A DNA stretch of 63,074 bases, counting the filler, from Reclinomonas americana ATCC 50394 (lineage: Eukaryota), in assembly GCA_048213135.1 (NCBI GenBank). It is 15 parts of 9 records of this genome, joined end to end, with 100 filler letters (N's around TTAATTAATTAA, not from the genome) between each part and the next. Parts side by side here need not be neighbours in the genome. Positions count along the whole stretch, not along the records: positions 1 to 2,060 come from PS015787.1; positions 2,161 to 4,960 come from PS015788.1; positions 5,061 to 13,411 come from PS015789.1; 12 more parts are not named here. One strand, given 5' to 3'. Shown one piece after another: positions 1-13,087 of this stretch. Made by a program: the position numbers and the translations under genes. The notes below the pieces were generated by a model, which searched no databases, was not told the origin of the DNA, and saw nothing but the letters and a program-made list of their open reading frames with translations. The stretch's first letter is position 1; every line of letters starts with the position of its first letter.

Positions 1-2060
1 CAGCGAGTCTTGGTATGGCGGCCGGCTTGCTCCGCGGGCGGCTGTCGCATCAAGTCAGAAACTGCGGCGCGACACATATGGGGAGGAACAACGATTGACA
101 AGAATAAACCTATGGCGACGGCTACCGAGGAGAGTGCTCTCATGCCAACATCGCGCTCCAGTCCCGCATCCCGAGACGGACGCAGGCACACCACGTTGAA
201 TTTGCCCTCTGTCGCCTTGCCGAGCGACACATTGACACCGCGCAGAGAGACTTGGATGACCCAGTGAGCGGCCGCGCCGGGCGGTGACTCGGCAAGTGCC
301 AGCGCCTGCCGCCGCAGACAATCGACCAAGGCGAACACGTCCTTTGGTGATTGCACCGACACTTTGACGCAAAGCGCATGAGACCACAGTGCGACACACA
401 AGCACGAGCAGGAGGAAAATGACACACCGCTGGTGGCGCCGCGCACCGAGGTTGTGCGAGTCGCCTGGTCGCGCACCACCTCGCAAACGGCCTTTGAAGG
501 TGAACACAAGTCGACCACAGCGTGATCTGCGAGGCAAGGGAGGGAGGGAGATAAGGGAAAGGGGGAGGGGGGAAAGGAGAGGGAATGAGGGAGAGGGAGA
601 CAGGGAGAGGGAGGAACAGGGAAAGGAGGGAATGAGGGAATGAGGGAATGAGGGAATGAGGGAGAAGGAGAGGGAGAGGGAGAGGGTGAGGGAAGAAGAG
701 AAGTAGGGAAGAGGGAAGAGAAAAAAGAATGGAAGAGGAAGGGTAAGGGCAGAGGAGTGAAAAAGAGAAGGAGAAACAGGAAATGGAGGCACAAGGCGAG
801 AGAGGGAGAGAGAAGAAGAGAGAGGTAAGGGGACTTGCTTAAAAGGAGAAAGTCAAAGAGGATTGGGGGAGATAGACGGCCAGGAAGAGGGAGAGACCAC
901 GAGTCCAAGGCTCGGAGGACGGCGCGACCACGGCACTCTGTTCCCAAATAAAACGGCCTCTTGCTTACTCACCCGACACTTGCAGCATGGAGACAAACGC
1001 GCGATGCTCCCAACCGCTCTCGCGATCCATGTCGCTGAGAATGAGAACGTACGCCAGCAGTCGACCAAGCAGGCCGCCACCGGCATCCGCACCGTCCCCA
1101 GACACACGACCGCCCAACAACGTGTGCATCTTACCGCTGCGTGCTGGCCCGAAGCTGACGAGATGGGATTGTCATGTGAGAAACAACTGTGAGACTCACA
1201 CACACACTCTTCCGTTGCGGTACGCAACAGGAAAAAGTTGTTGCAAAACTCCTCCTCGAACGCCGCTTGCACAAGCGGCGCCAGATCCTCAAAAATGTCA
1301 TCCACGCGCTCACGCGTAGTCTCAATGCCGTTGAATTCAAATGTTCGATGGGCTGCCGCCGGGTTCTAGTTGCATATGACGTGAGCGTCAGTACCCGCTG
1401 TTGTTCTCACACCACTACCACATCGACTACCAACCGCTACATCCGAAAACACCACTACGTTTTCGTTTTCCACCGGCAGTTCTATCCGCGTGCGTTGCGT
1501 CTCACCGTCTGCGGCAATGGAAACTCAGATGCACCCACACTGGCAAGCGGGAAAAACACAGGCTGCAACGAACCGAGCAACGGCCGCACACGACACATGG
1601 TGCAAATATTGCCGCGCGCTTCCTGCATACCGTAGCGAAGCTCACGAGCAAGTGCTCGATCGCCTTTTCGGCGAGTGGTGAGATGCTTGAGCGTGGCGGC
1701 TCGCGAGGCACACTCCCGTTCCAGTTCCGCCAGTCGCGGTTCGAGCTCCACAAATCGCTGGTTCGCCGTCTGTGCATTTGTGAGAAGTCACGCTCATCCT
1801 GCACCAGGAACAACAACACAATGCTTACCTCGGTAGACACGGTCGCAGTTCGCAGATCCCGTTCCAGTGACCGCCGCAATGCCTCCTTGTCGAAGTGGTC
1901 AATGTCGTACTGTAACCTGGAGCGCAGTGCCTCCACCTCCTTGTCACACGACTGTCACGCGGCGGAATCGGTGAGAGGAAGAAGAGAAGAGACACACATT
2001 CACGACAACAGCGTGAGGTCACCTCTTTCGTTTGCACTGCCTCTCGACGGACCACGGCAA
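1..2060 (-). CDS. Kinesin-14-like protein (coiled coil plus C-terminal motor-homology domain) with degenerate nucleotide motifs; partial at both ends
   Basis: Exons 2060-2023, 1951-1829, 1769-1574, 1508-1441 (or 1435), 1365-1229, 1154-973, 526-428, 361-110 and 61-1 join in frame via GT-AG. They give ELRYGMQEARGNICTMCRVRP (kinesin-14 neck GNIRVFCRVRP), RTFEFNG..DDIFEDLAPLVQAAF, FLFGPARSGKMHTL, FVSMLQV, VVDL and EGKFNVVCL in canonical motor order. Confidence 0.8.
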
Positions 2061-2160
2061 NNNNNNNNNNNNNNNNNNNNNNNNNNNNNNNNNNNNNNNN
2101 NNNNTTAATTAATTAANNNNNNNNNNNNNNNNNNNNNNNNNNNNNNNNNNNNNNNNNNNN
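2061..2160. other. Artificial gap linker N-TTAATTAATTAA-N; recurs at ~5005, 13456, 17042, 23345, 28640, 37148, 41504, 47506, 48685, 50969, 52221, 57452, 59210
   Basis: Identical six-frame-stop 12-mer centred in N blocks of ~100 nt. Confidence 0.98.
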
Positions 2161-4475
<2,315 letters not shown>

Positions 4476-4745
4476 GAGTGAGCGTGAGTGCGAGGAGAGA
4501 GAGAGCAAGAGCGTGCGCGTGTGTGACAGAGGACAGAGATGCTCGCGCGGCAACGGACAATCGCTGTGTGTTACACGAGGCAGAGGTCCGCCAGTGAGCG
4601 AATCGCGGGGAAGGTGAGCAGCGCGCGCAACACACAGAAGACGCACAGCAGACGAGTTTCCGCGCTGGGTGACAATGGACAATGCAATGGACAATCGCCA
4701 TCTGTCCTCACTCTCTCTCACACACACACTCGTCGCACAGAAGCC

Positions 4746-5149
4746 ATGGCCGCGAACAAGGAGCAGGAGGTAATGGGACGCGAGCGGGAAGCGCCCGACG
4801 ATGGACTTGCGGTGCTTGGCTGGATCATTGGTGGCATTGTGGGGCTCCTCGCGGTGCTCTTTGTGCTGTTCCCCATTCTGGGCAAGAGTGTGTGGCCTGA
4901 GTGGGACTACTGGGCGTACATCTTTGCGGTTTGTCTGTGTGTGTGTTGTGGGCAGGGGGANNNNNNNNNNNNNNNNNNNNNNNNNNNNNNNNNNNNNNNN
5001 NNNNTTAATTAATTAANNNNNNNNNNNNNNNNNNNNNNNNNNNNNNNNNNNNNNNNNNNNATCAGCTTGTCGGTCATTGGTGCTGCGTGGTGAGTGCATG
5101 TGTGTTGGTGAAAGTGTGTGTCTGTCAGGTGTATCAGTGTTGAGCAGGA

Positions 5150-5189
<40 letters not shown>

Positions 5190-6464
5190 AGAGAGGGAAA
5201 GAGAGAAGAGTGTGTGTGAGAGAGAGATGGAAAGAGAGAAGATTAAGAAGAAGAGAGAGAGAGAGAGCATGCATGTGCAAGCGCAATTTGGTGCGCGAGA
5301 CAGTGATTGCGCATTCTCACTTTGCATGCGTGCACTGCCAAGAGATGCATAGGAAGTACAGAGCTTAGGCAGAGTTGGCACAGAATTGTCTGTGTGGTTT
5401 TTATTGACTGCGAGTGTGAGTTATGTTTATCTGATGCATCTCTCTTGTTCAACAGGGGTATTTTCATTTGCGGATCGTCATTGATGGGCGCTGCTGTGCG
5501 TACGCCGCGCATTCGCTCGAAGAACTTGATTAGGTGTGCAGCTGCGTGTGTGTGTCTTTGTGGTGATGCAGGTCGTCGCTGATGTTGTTCTTCCCCCCTC
5601 CAAAATTCAAGTGTCATCTTTTGCGAGGCCGTCGCCATCTACGGCATCATTATCGCCATTGTGTTGCAGGGCAAGGTCGGCAGCCACGGCTTGCCGGATG
5701 ATATTCAGGCGGCTGGCTACGCGGCGTTTGCCACTGGATTCACCGTGTCTTTGTGCAATTTGAGCTGCGGGTGAGTTGGGGATGGCAGGGAAAGGGAAGG
5801 GAGAGGGAAGCGAGGGAGCGTGCACGAGAGAGGAGTATGGGGAGTGCGAGCGAGGGACACATGAGAGGGAGTGCAAGTGATGCACGAGGCACGCTCAGCG
5901 GGTTGAGACGGACAAACAGAGAGATGAGAAAGTGCAAGTGACGCACGAAGCACGTGCAACGCGTTGCAGAGTGGGGGATGCCGCGAGGGAGCGAAATGAA
6001 GCACCAGACACGCACAGCGGGTCGAGATAGAGGGACCAAGTCGTGAGAAGTCTTTTAATAATTAACCAGGCGCATGCAACGCGTCGCAGAGAGTGGGATG
6101 GCGCGAGAAAGTGCAAGTGATGCACCAGCGGGTTGAAATTAGGGGGACCAGAGTCGTGCGAAGCAAATGATAAACCAGACACACGCCACGCGTCGCAGAG
6201 AGTGGGATAGCGAGAGAATGTACAAAAAATACCAAAGCACGCGCAGCGGGTTGAGATTTGGGGACCGAGTCGTGAGAAAGTGCGGACGATAAGCCAGACA
6301 CATGCAACGCGTCGCAGAGAGTGGGATAGCGAGAGAAAGTGCAAGTGATGCACGGGATACCGCAGCGGGTTGAGTTAGGGGAGCAGAGCACATGTCGCTT
6401 GTGAAGTGACCTGAAAGTGCTGCGTGACCCACGAAGGGGCAAGTGATGAGAGAGAGAGAGAGAG

Positions 6465-6495
<31 letters not shown>

Positions 6496-7016
6496 TAGAG
6501 AGAGAGAGAGAGAGTGAGATACGTACGGCAGACAGTGATGCATCGTTGAGGCGCAGTGTGCAGCAGAACTTCACAAGCACACTGAGTGGTGACCTGAGCA
6601 TGTTTAGCGAGCGAGAGATGGTGCAATTCGTGAGCACTCACCCATACTCTCGCAGTATCTCGGTCGGCATTGTCGGCTCGTCTGGTATGATGTGCTTGTT
6701 GACTCTCTCAGCGCTTCAGCCACTCACTCACGCATTTGTTCGATCGCCTTGCAGCTGCTCTGGCCGACGCTCAGAACGCCACGCTGTTCGTGAAGATCCT
6801 CATTATCGAGATTTTCGCCTCCGCCCTCGGCATCTTCGGTGCGTTCACTTGCTGCGCGCAAGACGCCCACCATATCTTGCTCACCGCCTTGCTACACAGG
6901 TGTCATTGTCGGCATTATTCAGAGGTCTTGTCGCCTCGTGCGTGCATCTTGCTCCGCGCCACTCGTCACTCACCCCATTCTGTTTGATGTACAGTCAAAA
7001 GGCCGTGTTCACGTAA
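4746..7016 (+). CDS. VMA16: V-type ATPase V0 proteolipid subunit c'' (Vma16/ATP6V0B)
   Basis: N-terminal TM exon from 4746. After the gap: [47 protein letters not shown]...[61 protein letters not shown] at 7014-7016. Confidence 0.95.
5860..6380 (+). repeat. Degenerate intronic tandem repeat, about 4-5 units of ~110-120 nt
   Basis: Recurring blocks GCAACGCGTCGCAGAGAGTGGGAT, GAGAAAGTGCAAGTGATGCAC and GCAGCGGGTTGA inside the VMA16 intron 5771-6655. Confidence 0.8.
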
Positions 7017-7559
7017 CCAGCTCTGTCGGTCAAGTTTGGGTGGAGACTCGGCAGAGTTTTGTCTTTACGTGTTGTTGTTTTTTGGATGTTATGCGAGTGA
7101 ATGCGGAGGAGCACTTGCTGCAATGTGGTCAAGGGTCGGTGAGAGAGTGTGTGTGTATGTGTGTGAGTTGTGCGGAAAAACGGAGCCATGACTGCACGAT
7201 TGTTCGTACACTCGTTTTCTTCTTGTTTGGTGATTCTCCACAGAGAGAATGGTGGACTCAGTGTGTCATCCTTCTCACGCTGTGAAGAGAGCAGCGTGGT
7301 AGAGAGCCACGATGTTTGTGTTGCATCGTTACAGGGAAAGGAGAATCGCTTCTGCTTCTCCCTGGCTATGTTCACAACTCGTACATCACTGACATCTCAG
7401 AGAGCTTGTACTTCAGTGACACCTCAGTGCTTCTGCTTCAGCGCTCTTTTGTCTCTATCTCTTCCAAAGTCGGTTCTACAATCAAGGGACCGCACGAGAC
7501 GACGAATTCTTTGCAAGACACATTAACATTTTGTCATTTATACAGCGGATCAGCGGGGA

Positions 7560-9419
7560 TTACACAAGCAGGACGGCGTTGATGCAGCCGTCGAGTTCGG
7601 GATTGTTGGTGACCTGGGCGTACTTGCCCCACACAATCTACCACGACAAAAATAAGAGTGAGACACGTGCTCGTTCCCCCAGACGTTTAAAAAAACAGAC
7701 CTTGCCACCGGGTGTTACGAGACCGAGATCTGACACGTTGACCTCGAGGATTGTGCCCTTGGTGATGACGCCTAGTGTGGTGAACATGTGCGATTGCGGG
7801 TTCTTCTTCACGCCGATAATGTCCAGGCAGAAGGTTGCCTGTGCGTCAAACACACAAACTTCAGCAATGGGGCGAGAGGGAAAAGAACAAGGGAAAGCAG
7901 AGAGGGAGAGGGGGAGAAAGAGAAAGGATAAGCAATGTCCTGCACGGTTTACGAGTCCTGTACGCATGGAGATGCGAGCGCACAGCACAGACACCATGTA
8001 CAGAGGATATTCTGGGTCGCAACCGAGCGAGTCAACAGGATTAACCAGGTAGATTGCACACGCCGAAGCGCAGTGTCTACCGAGTACTGTTTGACACGAC
8101 AAAAACGCGACCCGTGACAGAGAAAAGGAGAGAGACAAAGAAAGAAAAGAAGCATTNNNNNNNNNNNNNNNNNNNNNNNNNNNNNNNNNNNNNNNNNNNN
8201 NNNNNNNNNNNNNNNNNNNNNNNNNNNNNNNNNNNNNNNNNNNNNNNNNNNNNNNNNNNNNNNNNNNNNNNNNNNNNNNNNNNNNNNNNNNNNNNNNNNN
8301 NNNNNNNNNNNNNNNNNNNNNNNNNNNNNNNNNNNNNNNNNNNNNNNNNNNNNNNNNNNNNNNNNNNNNNNNNNNNNNNNNNNNNNNNNNNNNNNNNNNN
8401 NNNNNNNNNNNNNNNNNNNNNNNNNNNNNNNNNNNNNNNNNNNNNNNNNNNNNNNNNNNNNNNNNNNNNNNNNNNNNNNNNNNNNNNNNNNNNNNNNNNN
8501 NNNNNNNNNNNNNNNNNNNNNNNNNNNNNNNNNNNNNNNNNNNNNNNNNNNNNNNNNNNNNNNNNNNNNNNNNNNNNNNNNNNNNNNNNNNNNNNNNNNN
8601 NNNNNNNNNNNNNNNNNNNNNNNNNNNNNNNNNNNNNNNNNNNNNNNNNNNNNNNNNNNNNNNNNNNNNNNNNNNNNNNNNNNNNNNNNNNNNNNNNNNN
8701 NNNNNNNNNNNNNNNNNNNNNNNNNNNNNNNNNNNNNNNNNNNNNNNNNNNNNNNNNNNNNNNNNNNNNNNNNNNNNNNNNNNNNNNNNNNNNNNNNNNN
8801 NNNNNNNNNNNNNNNNNNNNNNNNNNNNNNNNNNNNNNNNNNNNNNNNNNNNNNNNNNNNNNNNNNNNNNNNNNNNNNNNNNNNNNNNNNNNNNNNNNNN
8901 NNNNNNNNNNNNNNNNNNNNNNNNNNNNNNNNNNNNNNNNNNNNNNNNNNNNNNNGGTGAGTGAACACCCATGATGATGTCGCGTCTCACAAGTAGCTAT
9001 GCTATCTTCTCTTCTCTCTCTCTTGCTTTGCTCCTCCTTGCCACGCAACGATTTCTTCATCTCAATCTTCTCCTGATGCCGCTTCTTGGCAAACAGCTTG
9101 GCGCGCAGACCATGCACGCGCTGTGCGAACTCGGCGCGCTTGTGCACCTCACGAGCGGCCTTCTTGCGCCTGAAGCAGAAGGAAAAAACAAAGTGAGTGA
9201 GACATGTGCACATTCACATCACCTCCACAAACACACAAACACAAAACACCACCACTTCTTGCTCTCCCTTTCGCACACACATGTGCGCGAAAGAATACAC
9301 AGACGTACAGATGAATAGAGTGCGTGAGAGGAAGTGAGGAGACGAAACTGTCGCTCAAAGTGGTCGAGACGCCGACCATGTCGGCTGATCCACCGCTCAA
9401 TGTACTCGTTCTGCGGCAT
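7560..9419 (-). CDS. NSA2: Ribosome biogenesis protein NSA2; middle lies in a gap
   Basis: MPQNEYIE...[40 protein letters not shown]-terminus [67 protein letters not shown]. Confidence 0.97.
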
Positions 9420-9841
9420 GCTTTACACACACACGGGAAAAACACGCAAAACACTGAAGAGTCGCCTCTCTCTCAAGACGAGTCCAAAAAAAGTGTGCGA
9501 ATCAGTCGATCGGCGGTCCAAATAAAATTGTGTTTGCAAGTTGCGTATTCAAGCGCCAGCACCGTCGACAGTAAAGCAATGTGCCATGCTGCGGAGCGCG
9601 GTATATGTAACGCAGCGCATCCAGCATGCATTTTCTCAATTCAATGCAGGCACTTCAATGAGAAATGAGGAAATAAAGCTGTCTCGTTTGCAGCTGTGCG
9701 TGGCACACCAGTAAACAAACGACGTCGATGGAGACTGCAGAGCTGTATGAAAGATCGCTGTCGGCATCGTCGTTTCTTTCTTTGCTTTTTCTGTCGACCG
9801 GTTATCCACTGCCATTCACTTCAATTGTGGCGCTACGCGTG
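9420..9841. promoter_or_regulatory. Divergent intergenic region between NSA2 and NDUFA11-like gene
   Basis: Start codons at 9419 (-) and 9842 (+) face away from each other. Confidence 0.5.
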
Positions 9842-10449
9842 ATGAGCGGCGAGAAGGACGGTGTGATTGCGGCGACTGGCAAGGCGACTGCGGCGGGTGC
9901 GTTGGTGGGCGGTGTGTTTGGCGCAGTGAATGCGGCGTGGACAGATGTGCCGGCGGTGAAGCGCGGCGACGTGGCGCCCGCTGTGCGTGCCTCGTTCAAG
10001 GTGAACAGCGGGGGAGAGGAAGAGGGGAAGGAGAGAGAGAGAGAGAAAGAGAAAGAGAGAGAATGTGCGTGCGAGTTTGCGACTCTCTTACGCGTTTGCT
10101 GCTCTTCTATGCACACACACTCTCACATTGCGTTTGTTGCGCATGTCATTCAGTGCATCTCGCAGTCTCTGCTGCCCATCTCCTCTTCGGTGCACGCGCA
10201 CTTTCACACACTCACACTCGCGCACTCTCTGCCTTCTGTGCACATCATTCAATGCACCTCACAATCTGCTGCTCGTCTCCTCTTCGTTGCACACACACTG
10301 TCACACACACACACACACACACACACACTCGCACTCTGCCTTAGTTGCGCACGTTATTCTGAGACGCATCCGCGTCTGCTCCTCTCGTCGTTGCACACTC
10401 TCGCTCACACTGCCTTTGTTGCGCATGTCGTTCAGTGCACCTCGCAATC

Positions 10450-10501
<52 letters not shown>

Positions 10502-10897
10502 CTACTACTACTACGTACTACGTTACGACGACGACGTACGACGTACGTAACTATACGTACTACTACGTACTACGTAACGAACGTAACGAACGAACGAACG
10601 AACGNNNNNNNNNNNNNNNNNNNNNNNNNNNNNNNNNNNNNNNNNNNNNNNNNNNNNNNNNNNNNNNNNNNNNNNNNNNNNNNNNNNNNNNNNNNNNNNN
10701 NNNNNNNNNNNNNNNNNNNNNNNNNNNNNNNNNNNNNNNNNNNNNNNNNNNNNNNNNNNNNNNNNNNNNNNNNNNNNNNNNNNNNNNNNNNNNNNNNNNN
10801 NNNNNNNNNNNNNNNNNNNNNNNNNNNNNNNNNNNNNNNNNNNNNNNNNNNNNNNNNNNNNNNNNNNNNNNNNNNNNNNNNNNNNNNNNNNNNNNNN

Positions 10898-10942
<45 letters not shown>

Positions 10943-12513
10943 CATACCTTGTTGCCTGTCATCCGAGTCGCTTTCTTTGTTTTCCGCCGCCTGTTCCTCT
11001 CTTCGCTCCTACCGTAGCACGCTGCATTCCCCCGTCGTATTCCTGCGTGTCACGCGAAGTCGGTTCTTTGTTTTCCGCCGCCTGTTCCTTTCCTCGCTTC
11101 ATCGCTTGGCGTCCTTCTACCGCAGCATTCTTCACCTTGCTGCTTGCAACTATTATGCACGTTGTTTTCCGCCGTCTGTTCCTCTCCTTGCTTCGTTGCC
11201 TGGCGTCCTTTTACGCCAGCGTGCACCTGCTCTCCTTGCCGTATCGCTCCACAATTCTTCTACGTACTTTGTGTGTGGTGACCGCCGATTCTGTCGCCTT
11301 CGCTCCTTCTCCTATTTTTTCTTGCCAATCCGCTCTCCTCGTGCCGTTCGTCGTCTTTTGCTCGTCACATCGCCGGTCACCTTTCTCCTCTTGTCGCCTC
11401 GCTACTTCGTCTTGTTGTCTTCCTCCCTCCTGCGTGTCGTCTTCATTGTGTGCACCCGTTCTTGCTTCCCTCACTCCCTTCTCCGTACCGGTCTGCCGCT
11501 GCTCGCGCTCTCCGCCTGTCTGGTTCCCCCCTCTTCCGTCTCCTCCTCCTGTTCCTGCATGTGCACCCGTTCTCCCCTCTCACTCTCTTCTCCCGTACAT
11601 CCGTCGCCACGCACGCTCTCCCCGCCTCTCTGTTCCCTCACTCTGTGTCCTGCTTGTCAACTTCAATTCGTGCTCATCCCTCGCCCCCTTCTCCTTGCCG
11701 ATTCCCTCACTCCTCCGCTCTACTCCTCCTCCTCGCGCCTCCTCTCCGCTCCAACTGCCACTCTTCATTTCCCCCCTCTCTCTCTCACATACGCTTCTCT
11801 CCATCACCCTGCTTGCCTCTTTCCTCGCTGTCCCCTCTTCTACCTATTTTCTCAACCAATGTCACCCCCACCGCCGTCGGGTATTCTCTCGCATTCCTTA
11901 TGCGATCCCCGAATAATCTGTTGCTGTCGTCATGATGCATGTTGGTTTTTTCGCTCGCCGACCTGTCTATCTCCATCTCCGATGTGCGGATGTGCGTGTG
12001 TGTGTGTCGGCGGGGCGGGCAGCGATAGGAGAATCATACACGCATGCACGTGCAAACTGTCGGTGCGCAGAATCTCACTGCGAAGAGAATTGGTCCATGT
12101 TGTTGTTGGCTGCTGCCGCGCTGCAGGTTATTGGTAGCCATTCGCTGTTGTTTGCGGCGACAAGCGCCGTGTTCGTCGGCACCGACGCCACCCTCAGCAC
12201 CATTCGCGGCAAGAGCGACGTGTACAATGGCATGGTGGCCGGATGCGCCGCTGGCGGCGTGGTGGGCATGCGAAGTTTCGCCAGTGTTTTTGCTGCTTGT
12301 CGGCTGTACACTCATTGAGTGACTGATTGCTTGCTGTTTCTTCTCTTGCTTCCCCCTTCACACACAGTGCAACGGATTCCAGTGGGCGTCGGTGCGTGCG
12401 CGGCCTTTGCGGCCATGGCGGCGGCCGTCGACTACAGCAAGTCATTTGAGAAGTCGCGCAGCGAGCGATTGGAGCGGCAATTGCAGAACGTGCCTGCGCC
12501 GGCCAAGGAATGA
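9842..12513 (+). CDS. NDUFA11: Tim17/22/23-family protein, most like complex I subunit B14.7/NDUFA11
   Basis: Exons 9842-10000, 12128-12274, 12368-12513: GALVGGVFGAVNAAWTDVPAVKR..RASFK|VIGSHSLLFAATSAVFVGTDATLSTIRGKSDVYNGMVAGCAAG. The WxDVPxV motif is recalled from plant B14.7/OEP16-3. Confidence 0.7.
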
Positions 12514-13087
12514 TTCTTCCTCCTACTCCCCTCCTCCTCGACCTCTGCCTCCATCTGGTCGTCTGTCTCTCCTTTTAGTGTCTTGTGTGAGTTTTTGAGC
12601 GTGTGGTTGCCTGTCGGAGATACATACAGCGAATAGACAGTCGTCCAGCCTCGTTTGGCGAGTTTGATTTCCATTTTTCGTGCCTGTCTGCCGCGCCCGC
12701 GTCGCACCTTGTTGAATCTCGTCTGTTAATCATTGTCGAGCAGTTTCCGGGGAGCGGAGGTTGTCTGCCGTGAGTCGACCGCGCGAGGCGAAGGATCGAA
12801 AGACCGGAAAGGCCGCAACACCCACTTGTTTGCGCGGGGGAATCGAACCGCCTGTTTTCACTGGACGGATTTCACCAGCAACAAAAAACAGAGAGAAAGA
12901 GGAGAGGAGACACAGCAGACAAGAGATCGTCGCGCGTCTCTCGTGTTGCAGCTGGCAACAGACACACGCACACACGCAAAGGTTTGCCCTCTTTCGCTTT
13001 GTTTGTATGAGTGTGTGGGTGCACATATTCTCGCGAATGTCGAGATCACTGTTCTCACCCACTCATCGTCCTCCACACACGCGACAG

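Noticed and set aside
1222..1229. Non-canonical TT-starting introns as the explanation for GTTGCG donors
   Set aside because: Cutting after the G would need non-AG acceptors to keep frame; GT-AG boundaries restore the conserved proteins.
2105..2116. Recurring TTAATTAATTAA motif as a biological repeat or CRISPR-like element
   Set aside because: Always centred in ~100-nt N blocks; it is an assembly linker with stops in all six frames.
10497..10604. TAC/TACG/AACG quasi-repeat
   Set aside because: Follows a (CT)n run at a contig end and cycles T-A-C-G, typical of pyrosequencing read-end noise.
10435..12137. Long L/S/P-rich ORFs (also 55-792 and 60268-62198)
   Set aside because: Stop-poor pyrimidine introns and N runs, not coding over most of their length.
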